A DNA stretch of 63,823 bases from NCBI GenBank assembly GCA_964019335.1, contig OZ025683.1:248001-311823 (forward strand), read 5' to 3'. The notes under the pieces are model-generated. The model was not told where the DNA came from, ran no database searches, and saw nothing but the letters and a program-made list of their open reading frames with translations. This DNA comes from Diplonema japonicum. Taxonomy: Eukaryota > Protista > Euglenozoa: Diplonemea. Positions 10,135-20,740 of this stretch are shown here, in pieces. Positions within the stretch are counted from its first letter, which is position 1. Each line of letters opens with the position of its first letter. Both the position numbers and the translations under genes were made by a program.

Positions 10135-10801
10135 AATAGCTATTTACTGCCAACAAGTAATGACTTTACCGTTACCTCGAGGTCGGTATAGCATTACTTG
10201 GCGGTAGGTAAGTGGTTTTATTTCACGACACTCTGAAATTACTTCACCACGAGGGGCACAACAGGGTGACAAGGGGTACAACAAGAGAGGGGTTACAAAG
10301 GTTACAATACAAGTTGTTTTTCCTCCTTTTGTTGACTAAGAGCTGCCGCTGTCGCTAGCATTGCCACTGTCACCATCTCTAATCAGGCCTTCCCATACCT
10401 AGCGCGGCCGCTGGCTCCTTTTTTTCTGCTGCTTCGGTATTTTGAAGTCTTTTGGGGTGCTTGGGTAAGCTGACTAGGTTACCCTTACCCACAGAAACTG
10501 GGAACAAGGCCTAGCCAAAAGTGGGCAAATTGGGAGGAAAAAGTAGTCCAACTTGGAACTGAGCCGAGGCAAAAGTTGACCAATTGAGCTGAACCTGGGG
10601 GGAAATAGCAAACTGAGAGGAAAAAGTAGCCCCACTGGGAACCGAACCGAGGCAAAAATTGGCCTACCGAGGCATATTATTTAACGGAAACCCCCTATTA
10701 CTTCACGGAAAACAGGCCATTATTTCACCGTGAAGTAATGAGATTTAGCGTGAAGTAATGGGCCCCCCAGTGCGTGAAGTAATTTCTGAAGAGTGAAATA
10801 A
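10135..10801. mobile_element. Same family, copy 2, with deleted hairpin core
   Basis: Near-identical to 8835-9352 in its left part; right end GTGAAGTAATTTCTGAAGAGTGAAATAA is inverted relative to the internal TTATTTCACGACACTCTGAAATTACTTCAC. Confidence 0.75.
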
Positions 10802-10825
10802 AATAAAAAAAACCACACAGCTACA

Positions 10826-10861
<36 letters not shown>

Positions 10862-10866
<5 letters not shown>

Positions 10867-11650
10867 ATTCTTTGAAGATTTGCTGAACATGCCCGAGGAG
10901 GATTTTATAATGAAGACGTCGATGGCATTGATGGTGAGTCTGGTGGCCGCGTGTTCAATTCTGTGTTTCACAACACACAAGGCACCGTATGGGAAGCACG
11001 GGGATTTGAACTGGGTAAACATCAAGCTCCCGGCAAAGGTGGCATGGTTCTTCCAAGAGATGCCGTGCCTGGTGATGGCGGCGGTAAGCTTCGCGTCGAG
11101 AACGCAATTCAACTCTGTGAACACGGTGCTGCTCACAATGTTTGTGTTCCACTATGTAAACAGAGCGTTAGTCTTCCCCTTTAGGATAAGGGGCGGGAAG
11201 CCGTGGGACGTCCTTGTATTCACAATGGCCTGCGCGTTCTGTTTAATCAATGGTTATCTGGTCACAAAGCATCTTATGGTGTATGCACTGTATCCAGATG
11301 ACTGGGCAACTCGCCCGCAATTTGTGATTGGCTCTGCCTTGTTCTCCGTCGGGTGGGCAATTAATTTTCATAGTGATGGGGTTCTGCGTGGTCTTAGAAG
11401 GCCTGGGGAATCCGGGTACAAAATTCCCACAGAAGGCTGTTTTCGCTATGTGTCGTGTGCGAATTACTTTGGGGAGATGGTGGAGTGGTGTGGGTTTGCC
11501 CTTGCCGCCTGCACGCTCCCCACCTTCTCCTTCGCCTTTGGTACCGTTCTCAACCTCCTCCCACGTGCGATTTCTTACCACGAGTGGTACCATAGAAAAT
11601 TCGACGATTATCCAAAAGACCGGAAGATTTTGGTCCCGTTTATTTTCTAG
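10862..11650 (+). CDS. 3-oxo-5-alpha-steroid 4-dehydrogenase (steroid 5-alpha-reductase, SRD5A1/DET2 family)
   Basis: APYGKH, AWFFQEMP, HYVNRA, HSDGVLRGLRRPGESGYKIP, YVSCANYFGEMVEW, HEWYHRKFDDYPKDRKILVPFIF. Confidence 0.95.
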
Positions 11651-11702
11651 GGGGAAAGAAATATAAAATATATACCCTCCCCCTCCCGTTTTTTTTTTTT
11701 TT

Positions 11703-11822
11703 GTTACAAATATTTATCTTTCAAAAAATGATTTTATAACTATATGCAACTTGTGCCGAGCAAGCTTTTTAAAAACCTTTTTTGCTCGTGCGAACAACAA
11801 AGACATATAGTCATAAAGAATT
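11703..11822. mobile_element. Second, inverted copy of the 1057-1188 element, in a T tract
   Basis: Reverse complement matches 1057-1188 apart from a ~12-nt indel and a few substitutions. Confidence 0.7.
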
Positions 11823-12030
11823 TTTTTTTTTCCTTTACATGCTGGATTCATCCTGTAGAACGAATGAAACAAGAGCGAGAAAAAAAAAAAGTTGATTTTT
11901 TTTTTTGTTCCTCTTCCCTCCCTTTATGTTTTTGAATTTCTTTCAAAAAGATATTTAAGTTTTTTGTGTCTAGGATTTCCACCATCGACACAAAAAAAAA
12001 AAAGTACAATTTTTCTTTTTTCTTTCTTGC

Positions 12031-12178
12031 GCCCCTATCTAAAAGCTAGATGAGGCGGCTTGGCTTCATGCCTTTTTCCAGAGGGCACGCAGGATCAAGG
12101 CCTTCGGGCCTAGGTCTCAGGTGTTTGACGGCACCTCCCCTTAAGCGGGTCAACGTGAGAGGAAACCCTGTCACGAAT
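12031..12178. other. Unidentified multi-hairpin element (structured ncRNA or hairpin DNA element)
   Basis: Consecutive stems ATGAGGC/GCTTCAT, TGCCTTT/GAGGGCA, GATCAAGGCC-TTCG-GGCCTAGGTC, AGGTGTT/GGCACCT, CGTGA/TCACG; GC-rich island between T tracts. Confidence 0.45.
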
Positions 12179-12446
12179 TTTTTTTTTTATTTTGCTTCCT
12201 GTCTTTTCTTTGAGGGGACTCCCCCCCCCCCCCCCCCCCCCCCCGAGGTTTTGGCAAGTGATGGCAGGTCCTCCTTCATATGGTTCGATCCCCCCTTCCC
12301 TCCTCTCCTTTCTATATTTTCTAAATGTCTCTTTTCCCCTTTCTTTTTTCTTTTTTTTTTTTTGTTCTTCCGCTCAAAGGGGTAAAAAAAAAAAAAAGGG
12401 AGGAGGGAGGCGAGAGCCAAAAAAAAATAATAATAATAATAATATA

Positions 12447-12950
12447 ATGATCCACACGAGAATATGCGTTTTGCGGCAGACGTTGGGCAGGCAAAGGAAA
12501 TGGATAAGTGAAGATGAAGGTGAAGACCCCCTCCAGATGAAAGCTGGGAGCTACAGAGTGCAGGTGGATGCGGATCCCTTTGCTCCGCCCGGGACAGAGA
12601 CCAAAAAGGTTTACGTCACATTGCCCACCTTCGACCCTATGTTAAGTGCTGAGCCAGGGCGGATCGATCTGAACGATCCATCAGCTTGGAGTTGCGATAA
12701 AGTAGTGGAATGGGTGAAGGACAACTACTCCGATCCAGATGTACCAGAAATAGACAAAGACCTCATTGAAGCTTTCCATATGGGCGGGTTGAAGGGGAAG
12801 GACCTGCTTGGGTGCTACCCCAACACTATGTTCAAGGAAATGCGGAAAAAATATCAAAAGCCGGATTACATCCCAAACGTGACGGAAGAGTTGGTGAGAG
12901 AAACATTGCTCCTGAGCTATAAGTACGGCGGACAGGACAGCATGTGGTAG
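12447..12950 (+). CDS. SAM-like domain protein, possibly mitochondrial
   Basis: ATG after an A-rich run; Arg-rich N-terminus MIHTRICVLRQTLGRQRK; DPSAWSCDKVVEWV...EAF...LKGKDLL resembles a SAM domain. Confidence 0.65.
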   Translation: MIHTRICVLRQTLGRQRKWISEDEGEDPLQMKAGSYRVQVDADPFAPPGTETKKVYVTLPTFDPMLSAEPGRIDLNDPSAWSCDKVVEWVKDNYSDPDVPEIDKDLIEAFHMGGLKGKDLLGCYPNTMFKEMRKKYQKPDYIPNVTEELVRETLLLSYKYGGQDSMW

Positions 12951-13009
12951 TCTAGTTTTTTTTTCTTTTTTTTCTTCTTTTTTTTTAAGCCTCCTTCAGC
13001 ATGGAGTAG

Positions 13010-14227
13010 ATGACACAAAATGGCACAAGGTTCTACCCTATAGGCACGCGAGTGAAGTATGTTGGGGGTGATCGGTTCTGCGGCAACGTGTCATGGCCTG
13101 ATGGTGACAAGCTTGAGGTAGGTGATGTAGGGGCTGTTGCTGAATACGACAATGGCGAGACACACCCTTATGCAGTGCATTTTTCAGGCGCTTTTGTAAG
13201 GCTTGGACATGAAGACATCATGCCTATGGTAACAGGCAGCAGTACCACACCGTCTGCTTCGGAACAGGTTTCAACAGCGCTCACCGACGCACGGCACCAT
13301 CTGGACACCATCCATGCTGCCATCAACAAAGCGTCTTCCCCTACTGCACCACGGTCGCCTGTTCGGCCGAACCCTTACGAGGAGGAATTGAAACGGCAGA
13401 GGCAGCAGCATGCTCGGTCAGTTGAGGAGTATGACCGGAAGATCGTTCAAATGGAAAAAGAACTTCTTGAGACAACCGAAAAACTCGCCACCGAAATTCG
13501 AAAAACAGAAGAACTCAACGAACTCCTCCTCACAGTGAAAGAGGAGGCCACACGGGACAGAGACCACGCTGCACAGCGTTCCAACCAAGTCCTTGAGCTG
13601 GAGCGTGAGATATCACGTTACCAGCAAGAGGTTTTTAATTTGCAACAGGACACGGCTGACGCCCGGCAGCGGGCCACTGACGAAGCCACCGCTCGCATGG
13701 AGGCGGAACGTATCCTTTCCGAACAGGTCGCAAAGTTGAAGGAGGAGCTCGCAGGGTACGCAATGGCAACACCTCCTCCGGGTCTGCAAAATCTCCGTGT
13801 TGGAATGGTTGTCGAGATTGCCGAAGGGCAATGCACCCTCCTTGAGCCTTATACAGGCGCTGATCAAGCTTTCCTCACACGGCATTCATGGTGGGTTCGT
13901 CTTCCGAACGGTGACGAGCGGTTAAGATCTCCTGCTGAAATGTCGCCTGTGTCTAATTCTCGTACTTCACCTCCTCCTCCAGAACTTAACCGAGGAGGGG
14001 TAGGGCCGAAGGCCCTAGCACTCGCTCCAACCTCAATTTCGATGCCAACCCCAACCTCAACCCCAACTCATGCCCCTCCATTACACGTCTCGACTCCTTC
14101 TCCTTGGGAACCGCCTATGCCGGTGCCTTACCCTGTTCATCGGCCGCTCCAACAGCATTATCACGTTCCGTCCGCTGTTTCATATAGCATCCCACGGCGA
14201 CAGCAGCAGGGCGGCGTTGCCAAGTGA
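13010..14227 (+). CDS. Hypothetical coiled-coil protein with small SH3-like beta domains
   Basis: 405-aa ORF; YPIGTRVKYVG and LRVGMVVEI segments flank a long heptad region. Confidence 0.75.
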   Translation: MTQNGTRFYPIGTRVKYVGGDRFCGNVSWPDGDKLEVGDVGAVAEYDNGETHPYAVHFSGAFVRLGHEDIMPMVTGSSTTPSASEQVSTALTDARHHLDTIHAAINKASSPTAPRSPVRPNPYEEELKRQRQQHARSVEEYDRKIVQMEKELLETTEKLATEIRKTEELNELLLTVKEEATRDRDHAAQRSNQVLELEREISRYQQEVFNLQQDTADARQRATDEATARMEAERILSEQVAKLKEELAGYAMATPPPGLQNLRVGMVVEIAEGQCTLLEPYTGADQAFLTRHSWWVRLPNGDERLRSPAEMSPVSNSRTSPPPPELNRGGVGPKALALAPTSISMPTPTSTPTHAPPLHVSTPSPWEPPMPVPYPVHRPLQQHYHVPSAVSYSIPRRQQQGGVAK

Positions 14228-14258
14228 TGTTCGAAAGGAGAAAGAAAAAAAGAAACTG

Positions 14259-14300
<42 letters not shown>

Positions 14301-14508
14301 CGAAAAGTTTTTTTTTATTTCAAAATTTTACTTTTTAGATACAATGTGTACCCCCCATGTCCCATCAAATGTAAAGACACCCTTCCCCCCCTTTTTTATT
14401 CTTCTTTTATAACATTCTGTACCCCTCCCGTCTTCCATTACCGTGCTTTCTTAATTCTCTTTTCACAAATTAAAAAAAAAGGGAGTTGGGGGCGGGAAAA
14501 AAAAAAAA

Positions 14509-15832
14509 ATGATGGAGTCAACGCTGATACCCGTAATGAGTTTGGTGTGTTTTGCAGGGCTGGTGGGGGGTGTGGAGCCGGGGTTTGTTGGGTGTTTTCA
14601 TGACTCGCCAGCAGACCCAGACTTCGAGATTGACGCGACAAAGGAAGTAGACAAAACAGGAGGGATGCAGCAAGGATGCAGGAAAGCATGCACGGCACCT
14701 GGGAAGGCAATGTACGTGCTCTTCGCGGTTCAAGGCGAAAAATGCTTCTGCGGGAACAGGTTCGGAAAGCATGGAAAAGCAGAATCCTGCAACCAAAACC
14801 AAGTAAACAGCATTTACGAGACAGGTGTACTGACAACAAAAGGCTCGAAAACAGACACGGATTTCAACGCTGTTTACATTGGATGCCACAAGGACAAATC
14901 CCCGGGCAGAGCCTTTCCATCAGACAGCCAAAAAGACGATGAAGGCATGACAATCCCAATGTGCAAAGCGCACTGCATAGACAAAGGAGACGCTCTATTC
15001 TTCGCCCTGCAAGACGGCAACCAGTGTTTCTGCGGGAACGACGACGGCGATAAACACGGTATATCCGGAAAATGCGTAAAAAAATGCGCTGGAGCATCAG
15101 ATGTCAAAACACCCCTCCCCGGGATCTTCGGTGGACCGTCGGATCTATGTGGTGGGCCCTTTGCGAACCAAGTCTATAGAATTATACCAAAACCCAAAAC
15201 ACAACAAGCGCAAGGTGTGTCTTCTTCTTCATCATCATCAACCTCTACCACCTCGCTTCCCGTTATCCCACCTAACTGCGGGGTACCAGGTGCTACCGTT
15301 GTTGTGTTTATTCTAATCGCCTCGACTAGTGTTGGAAGCCAGGGTTTCTTTACTTCAATGGTGCTGACATCGGTTATGCCGCAGGCAACGGCGTCAGTGT
15401 TTTTGGGATCAATAGGAAGCGAAGGGTTTGTGCTGGTTGTGTCTGCGTACTTGGGGCACATTCTACCTGATTCACACATGTTCTCGGCTTACTATACGAA
15501 ATTATTGTCAGCGTTGCTGTGTGTGGGGATCGGGATGGTGCAGGTCAACAAATCGTTTGATGTTGCTGGGAAAGACCAGTCAGATAAGCGGGATGAATTC
15601 AGGGTTACGCTCTCTGAGGTGTCCCGTCCTGCTCAAAAACATGATGCTGAGGGGGACGTGGTCATTGATGCCACACAGGATGGGCCTTCTGTTGTGTACT
15701 CTACCTTTACTACGGTTGTGTTTGCACAGTGGAGCAGCCTCACCCAGCTTTCGATAGTTTGCCTTGCAACCACGTTGAACGTTAACTCTGTTCTTGCTGG
15801 TGGGTTTGCTGCCCAGGTTTGCGGGAGACAAG

Positions 15833-15865
<33 letters not shown>

Positions 15866-15961
15866 ACAGTTCTACAGCATTTCCCTAGCAACATCTATAA
15901 CCCCGTCTTCTTTGATACTTCGGAACGGGTCTGCTTTAAAATGTCATTTTTTGGGTGGTAT

Positions 15962-16007
<46 letters not shown>

Positions 16008-16072
16008 CGTAACACACAGGTTTAATATTCTTCTTCCTTGCAATGAACAACATATTTGAGTTGAATGATTGA
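14509..16072 (+). CDS. Signal peptide + 2 WSC domains + degenerate GDT1/UPF0016 membrane domain; exons 14509-15816, 15870-15957, 16020-16072
   Basis: FVGCFHD...FAVQGEKCFCGN and YIGCHKD...MTIPMCKAHC...FALQDGNQCFCGN (WSC). TM region TFTTVVFAQWSSLTQLSIVCLA...FLGGLIFFFLA resembles UPF0016. Two GT-AG introns restore frame. Confidence 0.75.
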
Positions 16073-16429
16073 GTGAGTAAAAAAAAAAGATGAGTTTAAG
16101 GGGAGAGAGGGGTAAAAAAGAAAAAAAAAAGGAGGAAGACCGAAGAAAAAAAAGAGAAAGAAAACAGAATTTAACAAAAAAGAAAATTTCCTCCTCTAGT
16201 TTTTTTTTTTTTTTAAAAAAAAGAGAACTTTACAGAATGGTCTGTGAAGGATCAGTATCCCCCTTCCCCTCCCCCTTCTCTTTTTTTTATGTCAGTAAAA
16301 CGGGAAAAAAAAAAAGAACTTTAAAAAAAAAAAATCCTTTAAAAAAAAACCCTTCTATTCTCGATTTTTTTTTTCCTCCCCCCCAAAAAAAAAACAAATA
16401 AAAAATTGAGGGACGAAAAAAAAAAAAAA

Positions 16430-18955
16430 ATGAATCGAGCGGAAGTGGAGGTAGGCAGCAATCTGTTCATAGAAGTAGAAAAAGACGATGGAACGGCAAT
16501 GTACACTCTGGAGAATGACGAGGAAAAGCTTCGGATACAGGGCGTGATCGATTTCAGCAAAAGTGTGAATGTGAAGCTGGGTATCGTTGACTTGGATATC
16601 TCTCCAAAGGGGAGGAAGACCATAGAGGTAAAGGCCCAGGCTGACGGGACCTTCGAAGTCGCCTATGAAATTCGCTTCGAGCAAAAAGTTGAAATCGACG
16701 GTACCATTTCTTCAATCGACACCGATCTCCCATCAGGAGCAACAGGATGGGTCAAGGCACAAGACCTCCCCGGGTACCGAAGCTCGAACACCATTCTAAA
16801 CAAAACATATCCAAGCGGAAATTACAGCGATAATATTATAACAAACCCCGGGCTTCGTGCTGTCCTATCTTGCCTGGAACTTCACACAGAAACCATCATC
16901 ATGGGAAAAATTTTCAAGAACATGCCACAAATACCCACATCTTCAGTCACGGTTATGCTGTGTACAACTCACTACTGGCATCCCGTTGTGTTAAATGATA
17001 CATTGGTAATGGCTGACAAGACTACACGTTGGACGACTGGGACGTTTTGGAAGGATTTTCTTTTTAAAGCGTATTTGAAGAACAACGGTGTCCAGTGCTG
17101 CTCCGAAACGGTTACCGCGGCGCAAGCGTTCGAGGATTTCACCGGCTCCCCCAGCGAAGCGTTCTCCATAACCCCCGGATCCGAACCCGGACCCATAATA
17201 GACAAACTCGACAATTTAACATCGTCGAAAAAATTCCCTGTGATCCTTCAAGGCACCGCTTCTGAACTAGAAGGCGGTTTTTGCATGTCGCACCCCGTCA
17301 TCAATGTGATTAAAGACAACGAGACGAATGAGATAACAAGTATAGAACTCGGTTGCGGAGGCGGTACCATCCTACCGCAAGACATCCCTTTAAAATACAC
17401 GGAAATGATTGTCAGCAGAGTACCTAAAGGTTCTGCGACGGAGATAAAATTAAACGATGTTTTCAACAAAACACCAAACGCGGCGAAAGGGTGCGGGTAT
17501 CGAATCTGGCCTGGGGAATCGACATCAGAAATACAAGTTTCACTGTCGCAAGAACGAGGCGGAAACCGGCCAACAGGGATATTTGTGTTCCACCCAGATC
17601 GTCTGAACGAGATGAAATTCTCCTGCACGCTGTTCGACACCACAGAATCGAAGTTTTTGACTGTACAGGTAACGGAGTCTCTGTCACAAGATTCCCCCCC
17701 AGTCTTAATCATCCCGTTTACACCGTCTCCTGAAACGTTTTCTTACACATTGACACTGTCTTTTGAAGGGAAGTGTCCATTGAAGCAGAACCCGTTTCAC
17801 ATTACTCCGTCTTTGCTAAAGGAAGCGTTTCTGTACAGAGCCATGCAGGAACCTGTGGTAGAACCTGTAACGGGTCTTTGTGTGTCGTCGTGGACCGTAG
17901 GAGACCAGCTTGTAATTGCTGCGGAAAACCGTACTGTCTCGTCACGGTTCACTGTTACAGTTGAGATGGAAAATCATAAAGACAGCGCTGGGAAGAGTAG
18001 TGCTGAAGCGTCTGTAGTTGGAATGGAAAAAAAACTGCTTGTTGTCGGACACGGTTCGGGACAAGGTGGGTTTCAAATATCCCACACACAGCTTGACGAT
18101 TCAAAAGAAGATATTGTTAACACCATTGGAACCAGGGTTTTCTCTGCGGGGGTTGATTTTGACGAACCTGTTCGAGACGGTATTACCGTGATGATCAATG
18201 GTTTGGAGATCGTCTGTAAAAAACCGGAGAAGGCTGCGAAACAACGAACCGCCACGGAAAAAGCGTTGAGCGACCTTGAAGCGCAGACGGAACTCATGAA
18301 GGCCGAACTGCCACCACCCGACATCCCCATGAAACCAATAGAGGAAAACATCAATGATAATCTGTTTTCAGAACCATTACCGTTGCGAGAAGGCGCTGCG
18401 ACTGCACCACTACCTGTGGTTCACTCCGATCGGAAAACATGCGGGATGCGAACATCTGTCTTTTTAAGGCTGACCGCTACCCCACAACCGAAATCTTCAG
18501 CGAAACTGGAATCCAGCATCCGGAAAAAACCAAAAAAACTAACACGGGTGGAACAGCTAAAATTCGTGCAGCGCCTCTTTGAGGAGTCCGTAGAGCAGCG
18601 GGAGAAAGAACTTGTGAAGCTGGAGAAGCGGGTATACTACAGCGACGGCTGCGTCCGTCAGGTCCTCAGCCAGGACGACATGACGAACTTTGTAGACAAG
18701 ATGTACACCCAAGCCCGTATCCACAAGCAAGAAAAAATGCAAAACCTCCAGCAACAGTACCTCACTGAGCTGATCCCCAAGAAGACGCTCAGTCGGGAGC
18801 GGCAGGCCACCATGGTCAAGAAGTTGTATGACACCGTGGAGTCCGACAGGAGCCTGTCCCGAACCCTGGATTTAAAACACAACCCTTGCAGACAGAGGGT
18901 TATACGATCGGATGTGGAATGGAGTAAAACGGTCGAGAGGCTAAATGGTAAGTGA
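16430..18955 (+). CDS. Calpain-like protein, catalytically degenerate
   Basis: WHPVVLND, FWKDFLFKAYLK and AFEDFTG match calpain CysPc landmarks; the QGxLGDCW motif is absent. Confidence 0.7.
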   Translation: MNRAEVEVGSNLFIEVEKDDGTAMYTLENDEEKLRIQGVIDFSKSVNVKLGIVDLDISPKGRKTIEVKAQADGTFEVAYEIRFEQKVEIDGTISSIDTDLPSGATGWVKAQDLPGYRSSNTILNKTYPSGNYSDNIITNPGLRAVLSCLELHTETIIMGKIFKNMPQIPTSSVTVMLCTTHYWHPVVLNDTLVMADKTTRWTTGTFWKDFLFKAYLKNNGVQCCSETVTAAQAFEDFTGSPSEAFSITPGSEPGPIIDKLDNLTSSKKFPVILQGTASELEGGFCMSHPVINVIKDNETNEITSIELGCGGGTILPQDIPLKYTEMIVSRVPKGSATEIKLNDVFNKTPNAAKGCGYRIWPGESTSEIQVSLSQERGGNRPTGIFVFHPDRLNEMKFSCTLFDTTESKFLTVQVTESLSQDSPPVLIIPFTPSPETFSYTLTLSFEGKCPLKQNPFHITPSLLKEAFLYRAMQEPVVEPVTGLCVSSWTVGDQLVIAAENRTVSSRFTVTVEMENHKDSAGKSSAEASVVGMEKKLLVVGHGSGQGGFQISHTQLDDSKEDIVNTIGTRVFSAGVDFDEPVRDGITVMINGLEIVCKKPEKAAKQRTATEKALSDLEAQTELMKAELPPPDIPMKPIEENINDNLFSEPLPLREGAATAPLPVVHSDRKTCGMRTSVFLRLTATPQPKSSAKLESSIRKKPKKLTRVEQLKFVQRLFEESVEQREKELVKLEKRVYYSDGCVRQVLSQDDMTNFVDKMYTQARIHKQEKMQNLQQQYLTELIPKKTLSRERQATMVKKLYDTVESDRSLSRTLDLKHNPCRQRVIRSDVEWSKTVERLNGK

Positions 18956-19268
18956 TTTTTTTTTCCCCCCCTTCTTTTTTTAATATACCATTTATTCTCC
19001 CAAAAAGAAAAAAAAGAGGGGTCTTTACAGATCTTTTTTTTTTCTTTTTTTTTTTCTTTTTTTTTTTTTTTAACCGACGGAAAAAAAAAAAAAAAAAAAA
19101 GCGGGTGAAAAACCCTGGTACGGTTGCGTTGATTCCCCTTCCCCTTCCCCTCCCCCTTCTTTCCATTCCACTATTGCGTTTTTTTTTTTTTTTTATATTG
19201 TATCTAGAAAAAAAAAAAAAAGAAAAAAGAAAGAAAAAAAAAAGGAGGGTGTGGGGTGGGGGTGTACA

Positions 19269-20282
19269 ATGGATGAACCCATTCTTGTCTCCCCATCGAC
19301 ATTGGTCAAGTCAGCTGCATCCCGTAGCTTTGTGCACACACATGAAGATGTTCATGTTAATTTAGGTAGCGATGATCTCTTTGTGTCCATATCCCGGGAA
19401 GCCAAGCACAAAGGAAGAAACAAGTCGAAATCATACGAGGACGGAAGCTCCGCCCCCTACGGGGTCATCCTGAAGGTCGCCGACGTCATGGACATCGACC
19501 ACCGAGACCTCGAGACAAAGCCAACAGCGAGAAAGAAAACCCCGTCCAGCATGTCCGGGAGCACCTACACACAAACGTTTCAATACAACCAAAAATTTGT
19601 ACAAACAACTAACGAAGCCGTCAAACGGCAGAGAGAGTATGTCAGGCAAAAACATTATTCTGCTGGAGCACCCTACGAGGCTGGGTTGTTTAAAGAAATG
19701 CAAGGCCCTACCGAATCGCTTTACCAGTCCTCCTACAACGGTGGGACCTTGGCCAAGCAGAAAGAATTTGAACGGAATATGAAAAACGCGGAAAGACGGT
19801 CGAACCCCTTTCGAAAGAAACCGTTAGTGTGGAGGCATCGAATGGCTCTGCAAGCAGCGAAGGGTATTGAGAAGGAGAAACAGGTGGAGAGGGTGAAGCC
19901 TGCGGCAGTACGGGAGCCGCCTGAGGTACCAGTGCTTTGTATTCCTGAAAACATTGTCGATGAAGATGCTCCTTTTGAAGAACAGAGCCCTCGGGAAATC
20001 GCTTCGCAACGGGCTCGGGAAGCCAGTGAGAGCCTCATAGCTGCGGGTAAGCCCCGCCGTCGTCCCCCCACTGCTCCCCCCAACCGCCCCGCTACCCCGC
20101 ATGACCGGTCTTGGTACATGCCCACACCTCCCGTGCGCTTCCGTGCTACCCCGCGGCCTGTTGTCAGGTCCTTCACCACTGCTTACAACCCTGCCAACGA
20201 ACCAGGAAAGCGTTTAAGAGTCCAAATGCAATACAGTAAAAAGGGCAGGGATATTCATCCGGTCGAAGGCTTGGGGTATTGA
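19269..20282 (+). CDS. Hypothetical protein
   Basis: 337-aa homopolymer-free ORF from the first ATG; no recognised domain. Confidence 0.7.
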   Translation: MDEPILVSPSTLVKSAASRSFVHTHEDVHVNLGSDDLFVSISREAKHKGRNKSKSYEDGSSAPYGVILKVADVMDIDHRDLETKPTARKKTPSSMSGSTYTQTFQYNQKFVQTTNEAVKRQREYVRQKHYSAGAPYEAGLFKEMQGPTESLYQSSYNGGTLAKQKEFERNMKNAERRSNPFRKKPLVWRHRMALQAAKGIEKEKQVERVKPAAVREPPEVPVLCIPENIVDEDAPFEEQSPREIASQRAREASESLIAAGKPRRRPPTAPPNRPATPHDRSWYMPTPPVRFRATPRPVVRSFTTAYNPANEPGKRLRVQMQYSKKGRDIHPVEGLGY

Positions 20283-20740
20283 GTGAGGATGGGAGTTTTT
20301 TTTTTCTTTTTTTTCTAAATCTCGCTATGTCGTTTTACTTCTTCCTCTATTTCTTTTTTGTTTTTGTTTTGATTTTTTTTTTTTCAGACTGTTAGGGAAA
20401 ATGGGCAGATATATTGCGAATGGAAAAAGGGGGGGAGTGGGAAAAGAGGAAAAAAAAAAAAGAAGAAGAATCTGTTCTCGAAAATAATGTCCCTTCCTCT
20501 CCCTCAATTCTTTTTTGCCCTCTTTTTATTTTCAAACCGTCCCTCCCCCCCCTTGCGAGATAGCACACAATTAAGTTATACCCGGCAACTGGTTTTTTTG
20601 TTGTTCTTTTTTTTTTCTTTATTCGTTTCAGTCTTGTTCTTGTGTCCCATTCCCCTTCCAAATAAAAGATCTCAAAAAAAAAAAAGGGTTGGGGCTTGGA
20701 GGGGTGAGACGAGCACCAAGAAACAACAAAAAAAAAAAAT

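Noticed and set aside
12031-12178. TPP riboswitch (minus-strand CTGAGA) or U5 snRNA
   Set aside because: The P4/P5 TPP consensus is missing; the U5-like loop deviates and lacks the long closing stem.
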